DNA of 62,904 nucleotides, filler included, from Octopus bimaculoides (taxonomy: Eukaryota), in NCBI RefSeq assembly GCF_001194135.2. It is 5 parts of 4 records of this genome, joined end to end, with 100 filler letters (N's around TTAATTAATTAA, not from the genome) between each part and the next. Parts side by side here need not be neighbours in the genome. Positions count along the whole stretch, not along the records: positions 1 to 30,850 come from NC_068983.1; 4 more parts are not named here. One strand, 5' to 3'. Positions within the stretch are counted from its first letter, which is position 1, and every line of letters starts with the position of its first letter. Position numbers and translations under genes: made by a program. Under the pieces are notes generated by a model. That model was not told the origin of the DNA. It made no database searches and saw only the letters and a list, made by a program, of their open reading frames with translations. Shown piece after piece: positions 12,263 to 23,760 of the stretch.

Positions 12263-13037
12263 TGGCAAGTATATTGTGTCCACGTGCAAGCTTTTTATCT
12301 CTCTATACTTTTTATATACATTTCTTATATATTTTTACATAATTTTAAATACTTATAGAGACATTTTTATTTTTTAATTGTTTTATATATTTTTACACTT
12401 TTTTCCAGTATTTTACCTTCCACCCTGCATTTTTCTTGTGCACGTGCGTATATAGACGTGCATATGAAATTTTTGTGCGCGTGTGAGTGTGTTTGCGTGT
12501 GTGCGGGTATGTATATGTGTACATGTATATGCACATGTGTATGGTTGCATATGTACGTGGGAGTCCACACGAGTGTAAGTGAGCAAATGCATATATAGCA
12601 TGTATGGTTTTTAGACGTGCATTTGAATACAATTGTGCGCGTATGGTTACGTACATGTTTGTGTGTGTGTGTGTGTGCACGCGTGTGTGTGTGCACGCGT
12701 GTGTGTGTGTGGATTTGTATACGTGTACATGCATGGTTGCATATATATGTGCATCTATTTGACGTATGTGTGGGTGTGCATCTGTGTGTTCCATGCGAGT
12801 CTGAGTGAACATATGCATATAGGCACTTGCACGTGGGTGTGCGTGCGCGCATGTGTACGTATGTAAATGCGCGCACATGCGATTGCTATGAGCTTTCTTA
12901 CTCCTTTACTTTTTACTTCCTCCCTTTCGGTTTTCCCCCCTATTTAACGGTCATTCTAATAGCTCTTTTGTCTTAATAACAGTCATTTACATAGTAATTT
13001 CCCTTTGTTTAACGGTCATTTTCATAGCTTATTTTAA

Positions 13038-13112
13038 TTGCCTCGATAACTGAAGAGATGCCGGTGCACGTTTCCGCTCCGACACCCGAAACTCGGAGTT
13101 TTATTATGGCAA
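13038..13112 (+). ncRNA. Type I hammerhead ribozyme motif at the end of a PLE-like 3' fragment
   Basis: Stem I UUGCC/GGCAA + 2x2 loop + GAUAA/UUAUU; core CUGAAGA (13050-56); imperfect stem II; GAAA; stem III ACUC-G-GAGU; cleavage triplet GUU. Confidence 0.75.
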
Positions 13113-13153
13113 CCGAATAATTGTCACATATTATATTACAAATATATATATAC

Positions 13154-13229
<76 letters not shown>

Positions 13230-13989
13230 GCGTGTGTGTGTGTGTACGCTGGTATCGAATAGAGAGAATGTTTGCTCAACACCGCATAGAGAGATAAATA
13301 TTCTTCTCCAAAATGGATTGCTTGTATATTGCAGAGACTTTGCCATGTTAAGCCCAAAAAATAGAGTATATATCAACACGCGGTCTATTAAGCAGATAAC
13401 TAAAACATTTCCAGGTTTCCTTCAAACTAATTCAGAGCTATTTTGAAAAACCTCCATATATATACTTTTCAGATATTGGTCAAGCACAACAACAACAACA
13501 ACAACAGGAAGAACCACTCCTAAATTCCAGCATAATAGCTGATTTACTGAGCGATAGTATCACTTCACCTCTCTTACACTCACCATTCTCACAGCAACCA
13601 TCACAATTATCATCACCATCATCACCACCATGCCACCATCGTCCTCTGCCACCTCAACTACTAATAACAAACCACTGCTTTCTTCCCCCAAATCGCCATC
13701 TCAATTCTATTGTAGTATTAAAAACCTAAACAAATCTATGAAGCAGAATGCCCCCCCCCCACCACTACCACTACGACACAAGCAAAAAACCCCAAAACAT
13801 GCCGCTATTCACGACATCACAGTCTCTGTACCCGCAGTGACTGCATCTTCACATATCTACCTGGCACTACTTGACCTGCAGAATGTGCTCATGGATTCCC
13901 AGAACTTTCCAGTCGAGAGATATCCACACCATTATCCTTCTCTTCTCCGTTTTTGCCTGACCCCACTTTGATTCTGTTGTTTCCCTATG

Positions 13990-14505
13990 GTCTCCCCACA
14001 CGAAACAAAGCATCATAACAGTTGAAACACTCCAAAAGTCAATCGACTAGAAAAGCTCAACCTTTATACTCTTCAACGTCGCCGTGAACGCTACATCATC
14101 TGCATGCTGTGGAAATATTCCATCAGCATTGCCCAAATGATGTTAGCATCACCTTTAGGGTACACCCATGATTTGGGCCCCATACAATCCGTCCACAGCA
14201 TAAATCGCACTCGCATCTCATAACAATACAGCACAATTATTTTCACCACAATTGGCCCCGATCTCTTTAACATTACACCAAAACACATTAAAACAGAAAC
14301 AGACCCCATAAAGTTCAAGAAATCTTTGGACAAATTCCTTCAAGAAATCCCGGATAAACTCCTACACCTAGATATGTCTCCGTATACAATAACTCTCTAC
14401 TTCAGTGGGCCACGGTGTCCGGATCCTGATTTGAATAACTTTGCCAGGGGGTGCTATTAAGTTAGTCATGGCCTGGGCCAATACTGGCAGAAGCCTATCA
14501 AAGTA
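13990..14505 (+). mobile_element. CR1/L2-like LINE 3' fragment
   Basis: LEKLNLYTLQRRRERYIICMLWKIFHQHCPND; homologous to 50634-51235; ends in aagtatcaaa. Confidence 0.8.
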
Positions 14506-14510
14506 TCAAA

Positions 14511-14569
<59 letters not shown>

Positions 14570-14572
<3 letters not shown>

Positions 14573-14765
14573 AATCCCAAAAAGGAACAACAAACAAAAG
14601 ACAACGCGAGGACGTGCTACATGTAAAATATTAGCAGACGCTCAGGGAAGGAAAGAAAGATGGTTTAACGTTTCGAGCAACGCTCTTCTTCAGAATCAGA
14701 AGAAAATCCAATAGAAAGGAAGACGGAGGAAGAAAATCGCCAACGATTCACATATGGTTACATTT
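14570..14765 (-). mobile_element. Short (TA)n-flanked repeat with a minimal hammerhead-like motif at 14662-14700
   Basis: CUGAAGA-A-GAGC-GUU-GCUC-GAAAC-GUU-AAACC; shares gagcgtc...taata with 57750-57916. Confidence 0.6.
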
Positions 14766-15182
14766 TGAAATATATATATATGCACGCACACATATATATA
14801 AACGAGGGTACAAAATAGATATTGGACCTGCTGAATCGGCATGTCAAATCAGACAGTCATTACTCACAATGCATTTGCTCACATACAGACACACATGCAA
14901 ACATTTATGATCTTTATTTTGGGACAAAATCGTTGCTACAAATATGCCCATATCTGTATGTGTAAATGTATGTATTTGCACACATCTACAAACGCATGTA
15001 TATGTGTGTGTATCATGTACATTATATATATATATATATAAACACATATACATATATATAACTTATGGGAAGCATGTGGGGGGAAAAACTGTTGACTACA
15101 TAGTCGTTTTTATTTATTTGAATCTGATGATTCATTCCTTCGACACTCTAAACATTTCCCGCGACTATGAGTTCATTCAAGC

Positions 15183-15183
<1 letters not shown>

Positions 15184-15273
<90 letters not shown>

Positions 15274-15340
15274 TGTAATAGTAATAATAATAGTGTTGAT
15301 TATGATGATGATATCAACAACAACAATAATAGCAATAATA
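15184..15340. repeat. (AAT)n microsatellite
   Basis: Directly visible. Confidence 0.95.
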
Positions 15341-15465
15341 ATATATTCTGTATCATATGTGGTATGTGTTTCTACATACATGATATATATAATGTATATA
15401 TAATATTATATACTATATATAACAATGCGCATATATGCTACATACACAAATGCACATATTGCATG

Positions 15466-15516
<51 letters not shown>

Positions 15517-15926
15517 TTTGTGTGTGTGTATGGTATGTGTGTAGTGTGTGTGAGTGTGTAGACAGACTGAGAGAAAGAGACAGAGAGTCAGGACAAGAGA
15601 GAGTGAGAGAGGTAATTGTGTTGAGGCAAGTATTGTTGCCCTTGACATGTGGGGATTGTTTGACAGTAACATTGTGGCCTACCCCTACAAGCCTAAGTCA
15701 TGAATCTTCTGTAAGTTCTTTAAGGTCTTAGTCTCTGTCCTGGATTATCGTAGTCTTGTTTTAAATGATCAGTACTTTTCTACTTGCAGTATATCATTTG
15801 GTGTCTCTTAAAATTACATTCGGTGCTACTTTCGTATGCGATCTACAGGTCATGAAACTGCTTTGGTATGCAATCTACACTTTATACTGTGATCTACAAG
15901 AAAAGCTATACTTATCAAGAACAGCT

Positions 15927-16170
15927 TTTCTAGTTGATGTTCGTTCGAATCACCGATAAAATTAGTAAACTTGTTTCAAATTTACTTCGTTCTAATTTCT
16001 TTTTAATAATAAATGTATAGAACGTATAAAAATTTTAATTCTCTATTTTTTTTTACTTTTCTAGCTGATGTTCATTCGATTCGCCCATAAAATTAGTAAA
16101 TTTGTTTCAAATCTGCTTGATTAAAATTTTTTTTAAATAAATGTATAAAAGGGTAAGAATGTTTTATTTA
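15927..16170. repeat. ~130-bp tandem duplication
   Basis: tttctag.tgatgttc.ttcga...ataaaattagtaaa.ttgtttcaaat occurs twice. Confidence 0.8.
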
Positions 16171-16259
16171 AGCCATGATAAATAAATGAAGCATGTAGAT
16201 TGCATACTAAATGAGAGTTTGACTCTTGCAGATCACGTTGACAACATAGATCGCATACC

Positions 16260-16375
16260 AATGTAGCACCTTACATTCTTATTCCTATTTGGTTTTTAGT
16301 TTTTATTGATGATCTCCTGGATGATATCATGTCTAACCTTGCACTCATTACTGACGACACTTGCTTCTGTTAATC
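16260..16375 (+). pseudogene. LINE reverse transcriptase fragment
   Basis: FLVFIDDLLDDIMSNLALITDDTC resembles the RT LFLIYINDL...FADDT region. Confidence 0.55.
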
Positions 16376-17591
16376 GTATTTCTATGTTTGATACGTGCTT
16401 CCAGAAAATTCTAGACTTACCTTTTAGGTTTTATTTTATTTATTTATTTTTTGACTTGGAATTATTATATTAGATTTATTGCTAAATCAGCCGCTATTAA
16501 GTTTGGCTCTCTTTATCGAGCTTGCCAATATCTTTTCTTCGAATGTATTCTTCATCTTTATATGTCCTTTATTTATCTTTGTGTAGAATACTATGTCGCA
16601 TTTGCGCTAGTGTTTTTGTTGATATACTTTGACTTCTCGAGTTCAAAAGCGTATTTCGATCATTATTCTGTTGCAGTCACTCAACCCCAGATCAATTGCG
16701 TTCAAGTGACTCTTTGGCCAACCGCATTGTAGCTACGACCATCCCGTTTCAGATGCATTATCCAAGATATTCTTTTAAAAAATACTCACGCACATTATTT
16801 GAAAAAGGTGTTGCAATTATTTCTTGAGGGCAGTCTCGGAAGTGAGTCAGTGGAAGTCTAATATATGTTTGTTTGTATATGCAATGCATTTATATCTCCC
16901 TCTCTTAATCTATTACTTCTTCCTCGCTTCCTCTGTCAGTCCCTTCTTTCTTCATTCTCTCTATGCCCTTTTCCATCTTTTTTTTTCCACCGCCCTTCTT
17001 TCAAAAGGACTCCATCCACTCCCAACATTTTACCTCAGTTTACCTTTTTGTTGCGTTGTTTTATTGTGACTTCACATTTTGAAAATAGTTAAATTCAATA
17101 CACGCCTCAACAGTTTATATATTTTGCGATAAACTATTTACTACAGTTAAAACTTCTTTCAGCATTGATACAGACGCCCAAACAATAAAAGCTCAAGCTA
17201 TAAACTTCTTTCTAAAGATTGTTGCAGAGGTGTGTAAAAATACTACAAAATATGACGAAATACCTTTATGCTAAATTATTATAGTTATATGTTCAAATAT
17301 TCATAATAATATATAGAAAACTAAGTACTTACTATTGTGTGTTTGTACGCGCGCGCGTATCTACCAGTTCAGACATTCTCGACCGAATGAAACCGCAGCT
17401 CATTATAAAATATTCATCTGTCTAATTCGTCATAAAAAAATCTTACTCCGCAATTAACCTGTAATTTTATCTTACCAGGAGTTGTACCTAAGACAAATTA
17501 TCCGCTGTTGTGTGAGTATATATCTGTGTGTGTATCTATGTATATGTGTATATATATGTATGTATATACATTTATATATGCATGCGTATAA

Positions 17592-17641
<50 letters not shown>

Positions 17642-17720
17642 AAATTAATAATTAATAATTTTACCAAGTAGTTCGGTATGTTAAAAGAACCATTATCGGT
17701 AAACTTATACAAAAATTTTA

Positions 17721-18157
17721 TAATTATAATCAGAGTTCAACAAAATTGCTTCACTACATGCCGAAATTTAGAAATAGCAGTTAAAAACTATTCCAATACT
17801 ATAAGATATCTCCCAAACAGCAATACTCCCAACTCACGCAGGCAAAGAGAAAAAAATAACGAATCCACCAGGCTTTGATCAACAATATACGCGTTTCTGG
17901 ATTAAAGAATTATAATTGAAATACTATATTGCAGACGGAAATAAGTGAGTAAAAATGATATTTTACATCTCTTTAATCCAGAGATGCGTATATAGTTGAT
18001 CAAAGCCGGATGGATTCGTTATTCATTTCTCTTTGCCTGCGTGAGTTGGGAGTATTGCTGTTTGGGAGATATCTTATGGTAGTGGAATAATATTTAACTG
18101 CTATTTTAAAATTTTGGTATGTGGTGAAGCAATTTTGCTGAACCCTAATTATAATTA
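17721..18157. mobile_element. Long fold-back element, ~188-bp arms and ~60-bp spacer
   Basis: 17721-17908 is the reverse complement of 17970-18157 with mostly transition differences. Confidence 0.9.
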
Positions 18158-18542
18158 CTCTTTACTCTTTTACTCTTTTACTTGTTTCAGTCATTTGACT
18201 GCGGCCATGCTGGAGCACCGCCTTTAGTCGAGCAAATCGACCCCAGGACTTATTCTTTGTAAGCGTAGTACTTATTCTATCAGTTCTTTTGCCGAACCGC
18301 TAAGTCACGGGGACGTAAACACACCACTATCGGTTGTCAAGCGATGTTGTGGGGACAAGCATAGACACACAAACATATACACACATATACATAAATATAT
18401 ATATACGACAGGCTTCTTTCAGTTTCCGTCTACCAAATCCACTTACAAGGCTTTGGGCAGCCCGAGGCTATAGAAGAAACTTGCCCAAGGTGCTACGCAG
18501 TGGGAATGAACCCGGAACCATGTGGTTGGTAAGCAAGCTACT
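18158..18542 (-). mobile_element. SINE family B
   Basis: Reverse complement of the 40889-41315 copy, lacking the first few bases. Confidence 0.9.
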
Positions 18543-18769
18543 TTATTTCATTAAATTCGCCATTAACGGCGTTACATAGAGGGGACAAACAAAGACAAGT
18601 AGACATAAAGTATCTGCGGGCTGGACATAGACATTAATGAGATGAGGGTGATAAGGATGAAACAAATAATGAGACACCAGCGCCCGCCGACTGATAACCT
18701 TTTGAAAACATTGTTCTTCTTTTTCCTTTAAAAAAACCTTATGAGGTTACAAACCTCTAACACTATAAA

Positions 18770-19200
18770 TCAAAAAAATTTACAATTTCCATCACTCCAC
18801 CCCTCCGCAAGCAGATATGCTGCCCCTGACAAACAAGTGTCTACTGTTAGACTTGAATTGACGGCGAGGTAGAAAAAATCTTTTGCGTTACATTCCTCTA
18901 TGACTTTTGTCATCGTGTTGTTCTTTACAACCTCCGCAGCCACCTGTGGAGGCCATGTGGAACTACTCGCACATTCCGAGTAACTCCTATCTTGGCTGCA
19001 TTCGCGGTCCAAGAACTCATTCACCGTCCCTCGCTCATAATACATGATAACATAATCATTATCCTCACTGGGAAGGACGTCACGCCACTCTGTCATCGGC
19101 ACAATTCCCGATGGCAGAGTCTTCCTCTCCGGGGCACACTTCCCACCGGAGAGGCCTCGAGTTCGGTCGGCGGCACAGTGACTTCCGCCGACCGTCTCCC
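18770..19200 (-). CDS. Unassigned open frame of about 143 codons, possibly C-type lectin-like plus WSC-like
   Basis: No stop from the gap edge to 18770; CpG-rich; pattern W..xxP...DYVIM...FLDRECSQDRSYSEC. No clear acceptor. Confidence 0.35.
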
Positions 19201-21144
19201 GTTTCTTTTTTTTTCCTTTTCCCTCTCTTTTCGTATGCGGNNNNNNNNNNNNNNNNNNNNNNNNNNNNNNNNNNNNNNNNNNNNNNNNNNNNNNNNNNNN
19301 NNNNNNNNNNNNNNNNNNNNNNNNNNNNNNNNNNNNNNNNNNNNNNNNNNNNNNNNNNNNNNNNNNNNNNNNNNNNNNNNNNNNNNNNNNNNNNNNNNNN
19401 NNNNNNNNNNNNNNNNNNNNNNNNNNNNNNNNNNNNNNNNNNNNNNNNNNNNNNNNNNNNNNNNNNNNNNNNNNNNNNNNNNNNNNNNNNNNNNNNNNNN
19501 NNNNNNNNNNNNNNNNNNNNNNNNNNNNNNNNNNNNNNNNNNNNNNNNNNNNNNNNNNNNNNNNNNNNNNNNNNNNNNNNNNNNNNNNNNNNNNNNNNNN
19601 NNNNNNNNNNNNNNNNNNNNNNNNNNNNNNNNNNNNNNNNNNNNNNNNNNNNNNNNNNNNNNNNNNNNNNNNNNNNNNNNNNNNNNNNNNNNNNNNNNNN
19701 NNNNNNNNNNNNNNNNNNNNNNNNNNNNNNNNNNNNNNNNNNNNNNNNNNNNNNNNNNNNNNNNNNNNNNNNNNNNNNNNNNNNNNNNNNNNNNNNNNNN
19801 NNNNNNNNNNNNNNNNNNNNNNNNNNNNNNNNNNNNNNNNNNNNNNNNNNNNNNNNNNNNNNNNNNNNNNNNNNNNNNNNNNNNNNNNNNNNNNNNNNNN
19901 NNNNNNNNNNNNNNNNNNNNNNNNNNNNNNNNNNNNNNNNNNNNNNNNNNNNNNNNNNNNNNNNNNNNNNNNNNNNNNNNNNNNNNNNNNNNNNNNNNNN
20001 NNNNNNNNNNNNNNNNNNNNNNNNNNNNNNNNNNNNNNNNNNNNNNNNNNNNNNNNNNNNNNNNNNNNNNNNNNNNNNNNNNNNNNNNNNNNNNNNNNNN
20101 NNNNNNNNNNNNNNNNNNNNNNNNNNNNNNNNNNNNNNNNNNNNNNNNNNNNNNNNNNNNNNNNNNNNNNTATATATATATAAATGATACTTTCTAAAAC
20201 AAAACATACTTGTTATATATATATATATATATATAACAAGTATGTTTTGTTTTAGAAAGTATCATTTATTCAGTATTATTCATTGTTTTTAGACACATAC
20301 ATACCATTTATGTTATTTTTATCCAATAAAGAAGGTTTCCAGTTCTGCAGTGGGTTTGCATTTCTGCAGTAGGTCTATAAATGTCATAGGTTTAAAAAAG
20401 ACCTTGTAAAAGCATATAGGGAAGACTTTTATGAATTGTAGTCGATAGTAACCTTACTGTAGTTTAAATCTCGTGGTTAAATCGAGATGTCGGATATGTA
20501 AATATTTGAGAATTTTCTTGTTATCTGCTCTACGATGATCACACTTTCGGTTTCCATATTTCTTTTGCAGGATTTGAATCTTCCAATGAATTTCCATTTA
20601 ATGTTGTAGACTAAATCTTTTTATTTTAATTACCAGATGTCGTCAGCTAACTTTGTGTTTATTTTTCTACATGACTAAAACAAAAGACGTTTGTTCGTAA
20701 TTAAAAAGAAATTACCTAATAGTTAACTATACTAAAATTAGTATCGATTATAATTATGTGTTTTACAAAATGTTTATAAGATCTTTTCTAAATCTATGTA
20801 ATTTATCACTGTTTATATTTAGCGAATAAGTTTCTCCTTACAGTATATTGTTTTAAGGTGCAATCGGGAAAGAGAAATATATCCAAATCTTCTAATGAAT
20901 AGACTGAGTTTTGTTTATATGATTTATTTAAATCAAAATATTCAGTCATTTAGGAATCCAGAGAGCAATTTATATATACAGATATATACAGATAAATTCC
21001 TCTACATAATATCGAGGTCTCATTCATTCTTTTGTTGTCATACTATAACTATTAATNNNNNNNNNNNNNNNNNNNNNNNNNNNNNNNNNNATATACATAT
21101 ATATATACATACATACACACATACATACATACATATATACATAT

Positions 21145-21203
<59 letters not shown>

Positions 21204-23423
21204 TACATATATATGTGTGTGTGCGTGTGTATTCGTGCTTACACATACATACATACATACACACACATCTACTCGCGCGTACATACACGCAAAAACACAT
21301 GTATTATATTTGGAATGTTAGGCTGCGATTGTTTAGAGTTAAACTCAGGAGAAAAATATTCAATACGTGTGTCAGCGTTTAGTCATCTCAGCCCACTCTA
21401 TTGGAGCCTTCTGCATTCATTCTTGCGTTCTTCTCAGTAACTTGGCTAAAATACATACATATACACAAGTAGTTTCTACTTGTGTTGCATATTCACATAT
21501 ATACAGGCTGCGCAATTTCAGAATTAGACGTACTTTGGGTTATGTTGCACGTGTGATAGACAAACAGCAAATAAATGTTTCATAAAAACACATCTCAAAA
21601 GCACAATTCACAATGTAAAGATTATGTTAAACTTCAATTATCAAAATATGAAATAAATTAAACCTATCAGCTTATCATTAGTTTTCTTCCTTATTCTGAC
21701 TTGGTGTGTAGAAATTGTTGTTCTTATAAATCATTCTTTATACAACCAGCAAAGATACTTAGATACAAGCATATACACACACTCTCACACACAAATAGGC
21801 CATTTAATTACCAAATTACTGTAAGCCGTTTGATTAATTGCTTACTTATCCACAAAATAGCATGCTACACTGTAACAAAAAAGTGACTGCTCAGCTGATC
21901 AGTAAAGACTACCATGTTACAATCTGGTAGGACTGCCAAGTTCATTAGCATTGACCCATTTATTCCTTGACTAATTCATTTAAAAATAATTAGAGACAGC
22001 CTAAGCTTTAGTCAGCAAATTTTGTAATGTCTCACATCTATTGACTACGGTTTAAAATCAAATCTACAACCAATATTTCTATTGTGTTACTTTGGACTTT
22101 TGTTAAAAAATCAAAATGGAAAAAATATAAATATATTGCAATACCATTTGACAGACTTGTTCGCAACACTGAAGTCATTATATTATATAATAAATGACAC
22201 CCATTTTAAAGACGTTGAGTTGTTGATGCGTTAAGTGCAGAGAATTATCTAAATCTCATTCACCCGTCACATAATCTTTCTCAATGGGATTTCTAAGAGA
22301 AAATTTTCTTTTGATTTGAACAATTCAAACATTGTGATACATATTGTGTATGAAAAATACCACCAAAGCAGAAAATCTAGTGGCGATACTACCTTTAAAA
22401 GCAAATCCTCATAGAAAGATGAACTGTTATAGTCAGCAGGTAATAAATGGCAGCTGTCTCTAGTAGGGTAACATAGGTCCTCAACGCTGTGGGCAAAGAT
22501 ACTTTTGCACCCATACCACTTTAATTAAGAAGCATGATAGAGCAAGGAAATTTCCTGCCCTTTCGCACCTGCGTCCCCCCTACCTTCTTCTTGTCACAGT
22601 TCTGTCTCTTGGCTTTGTAATGTACAATCCTACCAACCGAATAAAGTATAAACCGACAGAATTCTTATTCCATCACTAGCTTTACAACACGTCATATACA
22701 AAAGTGCCCAAATTTCAATGGGCAAGGCCATCAAACTACGGGGAGGCAATCCTTACACATTAGCTCGCGCTGTTAGAATTATGATTCAAATCTCCTTCAA
22801 TCCTCGTCCTATCATTTATAAAAATTGAGGAGCTCGAATAGATAACGTAGTCCTGGATACATTAAAGGAATACATGTTTCAATATTTCAACCTCACCAGT
22901 GAATCGATAACTTGCCAATGAGATATGTGAGAGTCAGTGAGAATAATGAAAGAGTGTGAGTGGATGTATAAGTAAATCAAGAATATCTGAAAAATTAAAT
23001 GAAACACCAGAAGAAAATGGAGCAGTGATAAAAGACAAAGCCCCAGCAGTCACTCGGAACGCATTGATTCAAGAATCGGTTGCCTACCTAATACTATATT
23101 TAACTTCTCCCTAATCTATACCAAGGAAGTGGTAATAAAATAGTATTCAAGCGTTCTTAAATATCCAAGGTGAATCACTGCTGTTACAATATCCATAGTT
23201 TTCCTGCGCTGCTAGAATACTAACGGTATTCTAACACTATTATAATACTAAAATATTCCTCCACCGTTACTGTACCCATGGTATTCTAACAGTTACAGTA
23301 CTCAAAGTAATCCGGTGCTGTTACAATCCACACCGTTTCCCAGTATCCATGTTGTGCTTAAGAGTATTCCTACGCCATTACATTAACCATAGCGTCCTTA
23401 CCACATAGTTTTATTTATATTTA

Positions 23424-23760
23424 CTAGTGGGACCCGTGGAAATACCACGGAATGGAAAAAATTAAGAGGACCTATTTAAGAAAGAAAGGTAGATTTGCAT
23501 TTTCATAGCATTCACAGTTTAACTTTCTTTAAATATCCTTGACGCTCGTCTACACTCATTTCCTCACGACTCCGTCAATGTTGTTTTTTTCCTATTTTTT
23601 ATTATATTTTCTCGCTGTCCCTATCTGATCCGTGCTCTATATCTGCATATCCTTTCTTGGACAGTTTGCAACCGTGTTTCTTGTGAATCCATAGTTTAGG
23701 CGAAATTGACCATCATAAAAAAATATCAATTTTTTCAGCGAGCAGACGATAAATAATTGC
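23424..23760 (-). mobile_element. Helitron-type 3' terminus (non-autonomous)
   Basis: Minus strand: hairpin CCGTGG-tattt-CCACGG, then CTAG followed by T at 23427-23423. Right boundary uncertain. Confidence 0.6.

Noticed and set aside
19054-19180. Plus-frame RHSVIGTIPDGRVFLSG resembling a galactose-oxidase/kelch motif, and hairpin + T-run as a bacterial terminator
   Set aside because: Short frame bounded by stops; the T-run is offset from the stem; no other sign of bacterial DNA.
22450-22780. Possible decayed transposase with a Cys-rich C-terminus (minus strand)
   Set aside because: Similarity too weak and interrupted to support a call.
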